DNA of 64,000 nt, taken from contig CM120640.1 in assembly GCA_051362555.1 (NCBI GenBank), forward strand, positions 53,608,788 through 53,672,787, read 5' to 3'. The notes beneath the pieces were generated by a model, which was not told the origin of the DNA, searched no databases, and was given only the letters and a program-made list of their open reading frames with translations. Positions 52,482 to 64,000 of the stretch are shown one piece after another. This DNA comes from Lingula anatina. Taxonomy: Eukaryota > Animalia > Brachiopoda. A program made the position numbers and the translations under genes. Position 1 is the stretch's first letter, and each line of letters begins with the position of its first letter.

Positions 52482-53510
52482 TTATTATCCCCGCGCTTTT
52501 GGGACAAAAATTGGGGATCACGTTGTTCCGCCTGTCCGTGCGTTTGTTCGTCCGCTAGTCCCTGTGTCGGTAAGTTAGTGATTTCCGATATGTACTCCTA
52601 GATCATTAGAGTAAGGAAGGTGAAACTTTGGGGATTGATAGACCTATTATCAGGGATGGGCATGGGCACTTCGGAATTTTAGTGCACGTGGTAAGTCATT
52701 GATTGTAAGTTCTTTTCATATTGTAATTTCTGTAAACTCCTACCAGACCATAGGAGTGAGGAAATTGGAACTTTGGTGATTGATGGACCTATCATCAGGG
52801 AGGTGCATGGGCACTTCAGAATTTAGTGCACCTGAGGGTTAGGCTGCCCCTGAGGGGTGTTTTTCTATTTTTTTTCACATTGTTATTTCTGATATTTCAT
52901 TCCAGACATCATCCTTCCTATTAGGAACTGAGAGACCTATCATCAGGGATGGGTATTGGTACTTCGAAATTTTAGTGCAACTGGGGGTTGGACTGTCCTA
53001 GGTTCGGGGGTTCATTATTCTAAGTTCTTTTCAAATTGTAATTTCTGCCTACTTCTCCTACAACATTAGAGTGAGGAAGTTCAGTCTTGGTATTGGCAGA
53101 CCTATCATCACAGATATACATGGGCCCCTTGGGGTTTGGCTGTTCCTGGGGGGGGGGGGGGGGGGGTGATTCTAATTATTTTACACATTGTAATTTCTGC
53201 TTTCTCTTCCTCGACCATTAGAGTGAAGAAGTTAAAACACAGGAAATATAAACCTATCACCAAGGATGTGCATGGGCTCTTGGTAATTTTATTGTGCCTT
53301 TGGGTAGGGCTGTCCCTGGGGGTGGATGGTTTTACTATTCTTTATGAGGAAGTGAGGAGTGAGGAAGTTAAAACTTTCTGGGATCGATAGGCGTATTATC
53401 AGGGATGTTGATAGGCCAGTCATGAATTATGGGTGCGAGGGGTGTGGGCTGTTTCTGTGGGGGGTAGGAAGGGGTGGATGATCCACCGACACCATCTAAT
53501 TTACTTTGTT
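52482..53510 (+). mobile_element. Helentron-associated (HINE/DINE-1/pearl-like) element with about six internal tandem repeats of about 150 bp
   Basis: The 5' end is ttatccccgc…ggggatc (subterminal IR), followed by a (gtcc)-like microsatellite and repeated ttagagtgaggaagttgaaactttgg…gacctatcatcagggatgtgcatgggcac units. Confidence 0.7.
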
Positions 53511-56500
53511 TCTGAATGCCTTAGTCCTGAAAACGGATCATACATGTATTTTATTTTCAAACCCACGACCACATACACTCATGTAGACAAGCAAACCATC
53601 ATCATGTGGGCCTTACTGGAGGTTAGCAAAACATCAAAACATATAGGCAAGCTTAACAACGGCAATGTTTTTCAACAAAATAATAGATTTGAAGATGGTT
53701 CCAACGGCTGCCATATTTACAAGCCTGTCTTCTTGATTAAGTGAGTCTTATTAAGAGATGAACATCAAAACTGCGTCATGAATCGATTCATGTAGCGAAA
53801 TCCAGATAACCCTAACACGCACAGTGCGTCTGATAAGAGAAAGATGTTCTCACAAAATATGTTTTGAATTAAACATTCCCTGCTGCTGAGTATTCATAAA
53901 ACTAAATAACGCAATTAAAGACAACGTTAACAATAAACCGGAATATGTGAGGCCAGGTAGGCGGCTGGGGGTGGGAGGGGGGGAGGGGGGGTTCAAAAGC
54001 ACCGTCTTTTTGACCCATAAAGGTCCACTCTGGATGAAAATTTGATCTAAATGCCAAATCTCAACCTGTGCCAAATAAGGGACTATTAAACAGTCTACAC
54101 TTCAGAAAAAGACAACTCATTTGAAGTTGCAGACGACAGATAAATAAATTACTATACATGCTCAACTCTTGTGTCTCTTCTTAACAGGGACAGGATATAG
54201 GATGACTGTATCCAATCTTTTTTAATATCATTATTTCAAAAAAGGCGATCATTTATTATATTAACTAAACAAATCCCCCAAAATGGACATTAGTGATAAA
54301 AACTTAGAACAGAAATTTGTAACATCCATATATAAGTTGCGATAAAATCTCCCTTTCAGGTCAGGTTACTCGTTATATATCTGAGCTCAGCTCAACTACC
54401 ATGATATGATTTGTTCCAATGGTATCAATTACACTTATTGAAAACAAACATCCTAAACGTACCACAAGTTAACACTTACCCGCTCACACGTACTGCCTAT
54501 GACTTTTCTTCTTTGCAAATTCTTTAAGAGTAACGCACGGTATGCCACAGTGGATGGATTTCTGGCGATATAAACTTGTTGACGTCAGCTGCCGCTGGCA
54601 CCTAATGTCGACTGACCTGTATTATATTACCATTTATCATTTACCAGTCAATTGTTTTAACGTTCGATCTTAAGAGCATAAATGCGTGTTTGATCACACA
54701 TGACGCTTACCATTCGACTGTATTCAGCTGATTAAACCTCACAATTTGCATTTTTTTAATGGGAAGTCAGCAGGGTTTACTGTAAGGCTTTGCATGCAGT
54801 TTCCCTCCATAATCCCAAGGAATCATACCTAATGCATTGACATGCGGCAGTCTGACGCGATGAAACACTACCTATGAATGTGAATTCTTGTCTCGGAAGA
54901 CGAATCCATAAAACCAATCTGTCTGCCTGTCATTCGTAGCAAGCCCACATATTAGGTGCATGTAGTATGCTAATTTCTACTACATTGCGTTGCTGTCGTT
55001 TGTAATCTTCAGGCAATTCGTGGGCGTTTGCAGGACTTCATCTACATATAACCCCGGCAAATACTGCAGTTCAGTTCATATTGCTAGCTACCCTTGTACT
55101 GGAGAAAATATCAAAACCGAAAAAGGTATTTTTCTCCCCAAAATGAAAATACAGGGTCACCTGTAGGCCACTGCACTTAAACTCAATATTTAATTTAACT
55201 TTGGGCAAGTGTATTTGTTAATTAAAAAATAAGATCTGCTGTATTATTTTTATGATTGATTTATCCCCCCCCCCCCTTTAAAGAGGCATCAAATAGTTAA
55301 ACCTGCATACATAATTCTGGATGCCAAGAAGCACATTTGATTAATATGATTGCGTGTATAAACTTTAAGTCAAACGTACATGTCATAATAAACATTGTTC
55401 TTCGCTTATATCCGTTCAACAGAAAGATTACTCATCTTAAAGGGTTTGCTTCATGCCGTCAGAATGGCCTGAACGGAACATATTCTTCAGAAAACATGCC
55501 CAACTAACGATATCTTTATCCAAATACACAAATTAAAAGCTCATTTTGTAAATTTTTGGCTTTAAAAAACGTCCTATTTGCTCGGTCTGGGAGTTAATGA
55601 GCTACGTGGTCACGTGGTCCAATGACGACAATCGAGCCACTGGAGAACAGAGCGTACTTAGCTGTCAAACTGAGCTGCATTGTCTACCTGTAAGATGACT
55701 TCTCTGGCTTCTGATAAAAGTTTATACTCATTCAAATCTCTTACCCGAGGGGTCTAAATCCTCGTGAAGCTGTGTAAAACCATTTCCCGTCTAGTCATTT
55801 CTTTAACAATCATTTCATTATGGTTATCTTAAGTTGTATAAAACACTGCATTTGAATGAGTTAAGGGAAATGTTGATTATTGCATATGAGGTCCATGTTA
55901 TTTGTGAAATTCAATTTATTTTATTAAACCGCTGACACTCCGTCTTGCATACTTTTATTAAACTGGGGTAAACAATGCTCGTTACCTTTACAAGTCCTAT
56001 CTTAATCATCCATCTAACTGGAACTTCCTTTACCTCTTAATTAGAGGGTTAAATGGCATTCAATTTGTCTTGCTTGTATCGAACGCACTCTCTATCTAAG
56101 CTTTACTCCAGTTATCTCAGGTAAAAATCTACCTGTGCGTTAGTTACAAAGCGCAGCTCCCGTAGACCTGGGGGTACTAGATAAAATCTGAACACCAGGT
56201 TTGTCGAGGAGCTAGAGAAAGAAAGGAAGAATTTTCCTGCACAACTTCATAGGAATTTTAACATGGACTTGATCCAGCTTAGACCGACCTCCAAACTAAC
56301 AGGGTGACATGGGCAATTTTCACAAACAAATCATAAAACTATATTTCAGTTAACCGCCTTTAAAATAAATATACCGTTCTGGGTAAATTAAAATAGTTAT
56401 TAAATCGCAAGAATATTTTTGACTTAAATGATGATTTTATTATTAATGGAAATTAAGCTACTATATGAGGTACATTTGCTGTGATTACGCTGTCCTTCAT

Positions 56501-58675
56501 GTTTTGCGTAAGTCTACATTTTGCTGTATGTGCTTGTAATCTTTTTAAATATGTGCGTACAATTTTTGCAGGTCTGGTTACCCCCCTGTTATGTGATGAG
56601 AGTATTAATTTTGCAATTAGTTCCTTAGCTTATTTGAATAGAATTGCAGTGTAAAATTTTCAACAAGATGTTGGCGAAATAGCCCATTACTCTTTGTAGG
56701 TATTTCCCCCGTCAAAGTTTGTCTAAAATTATCTTTCAATCTTTACCCTTTCAAAGACAGTATAAAGTTACCTGACATATTTTCGTGTAAACTTAATGAC
56801 AAGCCAAGTGTCTCCAGTTCATTCCGTACTCAATTTTACCCAAGCAAATTTTTTTCTTGAGTAGATCTTTATAGCACGATGTTATAAGCTTACAAATTTG
56901 CAAAAAAAAAAAAAAAAATTGCGTACTGACGCAGAATTTGCGTTTCAAGTTATAAAATGATCAATCTTTTAAATTATTTAATATTTCAGATGAAATAATC
57001 TTCAGAAACAAATCCTCAAAGCATAAACGAATTAGGATAACGAACCATTTTATTATAGCAGTTCCCATTTTTTCTTTAATATAACGCTCTTTTTCCTGTT
57101 TTTCCTCAACACGTTTTCTTCCACGGAAGCTTCAAGATACCCTGAGAGCAATTTCTTTTATTAATGTTCGCGACCGTGTTTGAACTTAATTGTTTAAGTA
57201 TTGATATTTAACGTCATTTACAAATACCAATAAAATAACCCCATGAAATAAAGGAGATATATTGAAAAATATGAAAGCCCACCAAGACGAGTTTCATACC
57301 TGTTATTACCTGGCTTGGGAATTGCAGCGGTGCATAATTAACAGGTTTGTTGTAAACGAGCTTTTGGTCAACTACAATGCATTTAAAATGCATCAGCAAT
57401 CAGTAAGTTTGCCAACTGATGACAGTTAATCTGAAAGACTACCAGCTCTTGATATGATCTAAACCACCTGAGGTGACCATGATCTAGAGCATCGCAACTA
57501 TTGTCACCGAAGTTAGTAAGTAAGTCACGGAAGACCGTCACAGACAAAGAAAGATTGTCAACGAGAGCTGCAATTTTGGTGAATCCCACGGCAACACACC
57601 GAGGCATAACGGAAATTCCTCAACTCCGTTCAACACAACTTTCATTAACTTCTCCGTCTGTATGCACCATGGAGCTCAGTTGAGTCTCATAGACCTTTAT
57701 CGTGATTGTCGTCACAGTACCACGTGACCAAGATCTGTTGCTTCATTTTTGCATATTGAGGTGAGGTTTACTAAAACGCTTTTTTTCTACTAATGGATTG
57801 TTTTTATAATTTTTAAATGGCGGGGATCGATTAAAACATACCTCTAGTGTATAGATTGAGTGCTGTATCTTCAAAATTCGAGAAATGAATTTTTACATGA
57901 ACATTGTCCTTTAAGCACAACAGATTTATTTACAAGGAGCGCACGTTATTTTTGTCATTTTCATTCTAAAAAGGGTTATCTTGATGGTTCGTGTTACTTC
58001 TTCTGGTGGTTCTCAAAGGTGATTTATATATACGTTATTATATATATACCCGCGTCTACACGATAGTCTCTCCTGTCAAGAAATTTGCTTCAGAACATTA
58101 GCACGATGCAGGTAGTTTGACATCGCAGTCTGGAGGTTAACATCCATTGTCATAACAACAATAGACATGGTTCTTGGAAAAATGTTTCGTGAGTGCGTCA
58201 AAATATATTGCACTTTTCCAAAATAACTTGTTATTATAAAGCATGTAGGCTTTTTGTCGCAAGTGCGAATTAAGTGGAAGGATCGGTTTCAACGCCGCTG
58301 GATTCTTAATATTCACGGTAAGCGTTCACTGGCGTTATTGGTAAGGTGTTAGTTTCTTGGAGAATGAGTGGGCGAATAAAGACGGACAGGCGATCTTCAA
58401 GTAGGCCTACCTTCCTGTCGTAAACGTTGAAGCATCTCATCAGAGCATTTTATAAGCAATTTCGTTCGAAGTAAAGGCTGGCAACAAGCTTGTTGCATTT
58501 TATTTCACCATTAAGGGAGTGGTCAAGGAGGGGTGGCTGTGGGTGATTGACAATGGATTGATTTAGCAGCTCAATTATGAACTTCGAGCCTGTCTGAGCT
58601 CTGCCGCAGGCATACAGGTGATGGTTTTACGTCAATACAAAAGAGGGTAAACGTTCTGTGTAGGCCTACTTTCCT

Positions 58676-60841
58676 ATAGACCTTTTTCATCTTTTCCGGA
58701 AATACGAAGTGCGCAAGACAGGAACCGCGCGCCACAGGGGTCATGATGGTCCTCTGCTGTTTCCAGCATGGCAATGCTAGGTGTAGATGATGTACAAGGT
58801 GTGCATATAAAAAGGTCGTTTGCAGCTTGCACTGCTTTCTGTCAAACTAAAAAGGTGGCTGAAGCACAGAAATGCGTAAACTGTAGGCAAGAAAACAGCT
58901 ACTTGGACGGAGAATCAATCAATTAAATGTTTTTTTTCTCAGTTTAAATACGATGCGCTGTACAACTAGACTTCACCTAAGCGTCCGAGCCTTGGCTGCA
59001 CTTTCAATAGTGATGACAAACTAAAGCTTCAGAGTTCTTTTAAATGCCTCCGATAATAAAGATATGCGAAAGAGACTCGTTATTTTTTATATATATTAAA
59101 TCAAAACAGCCAGTAGACTCGTACACAGCTTTCAAGAGTGTGGACAGGTGCGTAGGCCTACGTCTTCAAGCTGTGGCGAAATCACCTCATTTACCGGCAG
59201 TATCAATTCATTGCGATTTTAATGTCTTGTTTGAAGGGTGTCTAAAGAGATTTTTGAAACGATAAAATGAAAAGATTCCCTGCATTGTTTGACTCGTTGT
59301 ACCTAAAAGTGACACGCAGATTGTTCGTCGGTGAACTGATTAAATCGTTTGGTACCTGATAAGGCATATCAGGTGTTACTTGTTCAATTGTTCAGTTAGG
59401 GGGGCGGCCACAACTACGACCTTTCCTCTGTAATTAAAACCTTCTAATTTATAAGTGTTAAACAGGTGAGACAGGAATTCTCGAATCTTTCCCAGACGAT
59501 AATTTAAGTTTACCGTGTCTTACTCTAGTATATGCACAAAATTTACGACAGGTAAAAAATGTCAGACTTTCGGTCTGACAAGTAGGCCTATGAACATTTT
59601 CTCAAACTGAAACAAAACCGTCAGGCAAAAACAAAATTATAGCAACAGACCAAACTATTTGATTTTTAAATGTTTTCATGCGTATTTTCATCGTTTTCAA
59701 TCAAAGACAATAAAATCATTCAAATAAAGTGTTTTCCACACATTTCATACTTTTTAACTATCTAAGACAGAGTTAAATATACGTAGGCCTACTTTAATAC
59801 TAAGCATATTTGCATTACTTTAAAAATACTGTACGTTAATTGTTTTATTATTTTTATTATCCATTTTGTCTTTACCATACATGTATTATGCACGTGTAGC
59901 TTACAGAAAGGCTTCTCTGCATTAAGAATATATGCCCATTGAATTTTCCAATTCTCTTGTTATTGAGTTCAGAAATAAATAACTTTTTATTTTGCCGGTA
60001 ACGCGTTCAACAAGGGCCGATGTACATTATTCTTCGTATGTCTCTGTTGATCTTGATAATATGAGCCCCATTTGTACAAATCAGTAATACGTACAGGGTG
60101 TACGGGACTGGATACATAATAATAAAAATTTTATTAACGTCTCACGTTAAAAAAAAAAAAATAGAACCCACCCTACTAAGGGTTATTAGAGACTAAAACC
60201 TGTGTTAGGCCTTCTACATTTAAAATGATCACTTATCAATAAAACACACACAAAAAGGATATTACAAAACTTTTCAAACCTTCTCTTTGTTGTTACACAA
60301 AAAGTCGTGAAAGTTCTTGAATTTTTTGTAAGTAGAATCCCTGTGTAAAACCTCACAGCTTTTACTTTCTTTTTCCATAATCTCATACTTAAAGTCTTTT
60401 CTTTCTTTTTAGGCCCCTATTCTTCAATTTTTTCTTCAGAACTTTGTTTTTATCGCATTGTTTACCCCCGAGTTCTAGTTCGTTATATCCGTTGATTAAC
60501 TAAGCATTTCTGTTTTTATTAAAGCACCGTTGATCTCCTAATATTATAATTTTTCTTCCCGCCTTCTCGCCTTCGAAATGTTCAGCGCAAACGCGGTGCC
60601 CTGCTTTTGATCCAAACCTGCTATATTTTCCTTTCTTTCTACCATATTTTTCATTCTAACGGGTTTGTTGGGAACTTATTATACCTCATGTGTCAATCTC
60701 GCTTACTGTTATTGTAGCAGCGGGACAAAAAGCACGTAAACTCAGCCATGGTTTTTAGCACCGCTGTAAGTGTTTCGACATAGCAGGGCTCCCGTACCCA
60801 CAATGCAATTTCCATTTCCGGAAAAGATGAAAAAGGTCTAT
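58676..60841. mobile_element. Non-autonomous TIR element of about 2.2 kb
   Basis: Perfect 28-bp inverted repeat atagacctttttcatcttttccggaaat (58676-58703) / atttccggaaaagatgaaaaaggtctat (60814-60841); no transposase ORF inside. Confidence 0.7.
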
Positions 60842-61235
60842 TGTGAGATATCAGAATATGCGAATGTCAGCTAGATAGATGCTAAATCCATAGTGCTCCA
60901 CAAGAACAACCAGACATCACAAAAATCACACTTCTTAAACCCTGGGCAATGTACTGTAGCAAGAGTTGAAGCAGTACGTGAACATGTAGCAAAATGCTGT
61001 TACTCTGGTAGTTGTAATAACTGCAGTAGACTGTGGTAGGAGCAGTGGTGCAAGACAAATGCAGCAGTAGCAGTGTGTGTGCACGGCCTACTACAGTGGT
61101 AGAGAAGACGTTGTGGTGTTAATGAAAATAAAAGATGTAGCAACAGCAGGTTGTAACTTACTAAATAAAGCCATGTGTAAACGTTGCCATCATCACTTTG
61201 TCCCTTTTCTCTTTATTCTCCATAAAATGCGATCA

Positions 61236-61287
61236 AATAATAATAATAATTATTATTATCATAATAATAATTATGATGATGATAATA
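61236..61287. repeat. (AAT/TAT/GAT)n trinucleotide low-complexity run
   Basis: Read directly from the sequence. Confidence 0.85.
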
Positions 61288-64000
61288 TTTCATCGAGCTC
61301 TAAATGATACGATGTTACTTTTGTCAGCTCTCTACACGATAAAATATATAATAATAAAGTAAGCCTATATACCAGAAATCAAAGCATCATGGGAACAATT
61401 TTCTCGTGTTCCCATGGCAAGCATATCCACATCTACCCGTCAAGAGCACATTGAAGAATAAAGAAAGTGGAATTTGTGACGAACTTGAAGAAAAAGTACT
61501 GATATATCCTCCATCCTGAGTAGTATGAGATTCATTAACAAGATCAAATCACAAATCACAAATACAATATGTAGGTTTATTGATATTTGGCCAAGTAAGG
61601 CCGCTTTTACATGAATTTATGCCAAACCCAAATAACTACGTAATGTAAATGGTAATCGGAATGATTGTTGAGAGTACTATGGCGTGACCAAAATATTAAG
61701 GGTAATAAGCTACGCATAAATGTTTTTGTGGGGTTGTAAAAAGGCAAAATGTGAGACAATAAGAGTAAAGGCTAATAAAAAAACATTTTAATTGATTTAT
61801 TGATTTTTTAGGATGAAAAAAAATTGTGCTTGTATTATCGGCACATTTGAATCTGGAAGAAACGTTAGCCGTAGGTAAGCTGGTACCAGTGAAGTCACAC
61901 GTCAGTTTTTGATCCAACTCAGTATTTAGACTGCTCCTATTTGCTGGTCAACTCAGGGCATTGATAGGAAAAAGTTCCAGTCTAAGTGTTCAAATCATGG
62001 CATAATGGCTTGGAAAATGAAGTTAGCGGACTCAAAAATTATTACTTCGGGACATTTGGGGTTTATAACAATCCCAATATTCTACATTCGCAAAAATGGA
62101 ATAGCATGTTCATTTTTAAACGTATTTTCCGTCCAAACCTTATGGACTATTGGTGACGCGAGGGAGAAAATGTCTAAGTTCCTCCTCGCTAGTGAAAAGA
62201 CAGAAGAGTGGAAAAGTACCTTACAGTTTCTGTCGGAGACTGACTCCCACATATGTAATTTCAGCTCTCCCAGAATAGCTGTCAATTTCACTCGCAAGTG
62301 GAATGTGGGTCTCTAGTTCTATCGGGAGAAGCTGCCAGAAACTCGTGTGGTAGGTTCTCTTATCACGCAGGGTCACTGAAGGGAGTTCTTTTTTATGTGT
62401 GGTAGAAGATAACATAAAGGTAGATTTTGTGACGAATTCGAAGGCAAAGTGTCTGCAAAAATAGCACATGCGACAGCTGCAGGCCTTCTGCGAGAGAATG
62501 TTTTTTCCCTTTTTTCCTTTTTATCTCCCCTGTTGTTTTTGGCCTACATAAGGGTAAAGATTCTTGATCAGATCTTGTCTTGTATAGGAACAGCATGTCA
62601 TAGTCTTCAATCTGACATTTAAGTTTACTCTAGAGACTTAAGTAGGAATATATTTTTGTTGCAAGGTAACATTTATAGCGTAATTTTAGACCAGAATTAT
62701 TTCCCCTTTTAATAAAGAGTAGCAGATAGTGCGCCTAGCTGTTTTATAACAAGAAAGACGTTGCTACTGTTTTAGACCAATAATAACTTCCTTTTACTTT
62801 AGATGTATTGCATCATAAAATTTAAATAAGATTTGAAAAAATTCCAAAGTCATACCTGGGTGTTTGACTCAAAGAAAGAGGATTTGACAACACCAGTACA
62901 ATCAGTATTCATTGAGTATTTGCTCTAAACAAATTCGTTTCCTCTGCATTTGAGTGTACTGCAAGCAATTAAAGGTATACTCTATGCGTTTAAAATTTTC
63001 CCAATGTAACATTTTCTAAATCCATATATCCTTAAAACTAATTATCTTTCCCAATTCAGACCTTAGAAACTATGAAACTCCTAAAATGAAAGTACGTGAC
63101 GACGATAGTTCCTTCTGAAATGTACAGGAAGGCACGGTGTTCTTAGAGCCTGGACAATCATTTGAACTAAGTCCGTAAATTAATAATGGAATAAAACATC
63201 AAAATCAACTGCAGGGACAGGGACAGTAGGAAAACAATTTTTTTGCCCTAGGAAAAATTCATTTTGGGGTAACATCCCGTATTTAGTACTTTTAACCGTC
63301 GCATTACAGTTGATTAAACTCGTTTTATTCTTATCAGTTGATAAGATTGAGTAGACGTCTTATTTGTTATACGTCTGTGTCACCAACTGGCCGGCGAGCA
63401 TGCCTAAATGCGGAAAGACCGTTTGTGTGCTCATTGTACTAATACAGTTTCTCCGAAAGCACGTTTACATATAATGCCAAGGAATAAAAAAACGATTAAC
63501 ATACTTATCCTGATACAAACCAAGCACACTCTCGCTGCAGCAGACAATGGCTAATAAAATTGCTTCGGTCTCGCGCAGGTGCCGCTGCAATGGACTGTGC
63601 TCTAAATAACCTACATTTTAGCTAAATATCCACATGTCTGGTTCGTGTTATCTTAAAGTAAAACGTACATAAAAACCCCTATCAGTCTTTTATTGATTGT
63701 GGTTAGGACGTAAAGAACCGAAGAACATATGGATTGACCGACATGTCTCTTTCCCGCAAGATGACCCTTCAGTTGCATACCATAACGCCGTGGTCGGTAA
63801 CAATGATAATCAAAACATTTTGGAATCTACATTACCAAGACAATGACATTCTTCAATGTATGATCTGCATTTTAATTCTAAATGATTTAAACATATAAAT
63901 GGCATTATTACTAGTATTAGTTTGAGAGGATCATCTGTCACCAAAATCAAGTTGCAGCTGTAAAAACGTCAGTAATTTCAGTAGATAATACACCAGAGCT

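Noticed and set aside
57383-57683. Overlapping short ORFs in a GC-richer patch
   Set aside because: There is no recognisable domain and no convincing phase-compatible splice sites.
971-62596. Remaining 60-140 aa ORFs, including antisense ORFs over the real exons
   Set aside because: They are low-complexity and AT-biased or shadow the coding exons; no transposase, RT or other domain motifs are visible.

Overview
AT-rich, intron-rich eukaryotic DNA, most likely from an invertebrate animal; there are no prokaryotic operons, CRISPR arrays, rRNA genes or intact tRNAs. One large minus-strand gene spans most of the window. Seven GT-AG exons (41126-39546, 32368-32260, 29780-29590, 24492-23743, 18652-18406, 11900-11746, 10229-8652) splice in phase into 1537 uninterrupted codons. 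The product has ankyrin repeats, an ARM/HEAT-like helical region and a RasGEF N-terminal (REM)-like domain interrupted by a long Ser/His-rich insert. It may be the extended N-terminus of an invertebrate PLC-epsilon-like or RasGEF protein; its start and its 3' part are not resolved here. The introns hold many non-autonomous DNA transposons with readable TIRs and TSDs (Harbinger/Tourist-like, hAT-like, Kolobok-like, CACTA-like, a foldback element and Helentron-like tandem-repeat elements), plus microsatellites. The most notable observations are a strand-specific DNA hairpin with three tandem G.A mismatches and a GCA triloop at 51700-51815, a sharp CpG-depletion boundary near 30 kb beside an ETS+CRE motif, and strong enrichment of TAGGCCTA in the CpG-rich half.
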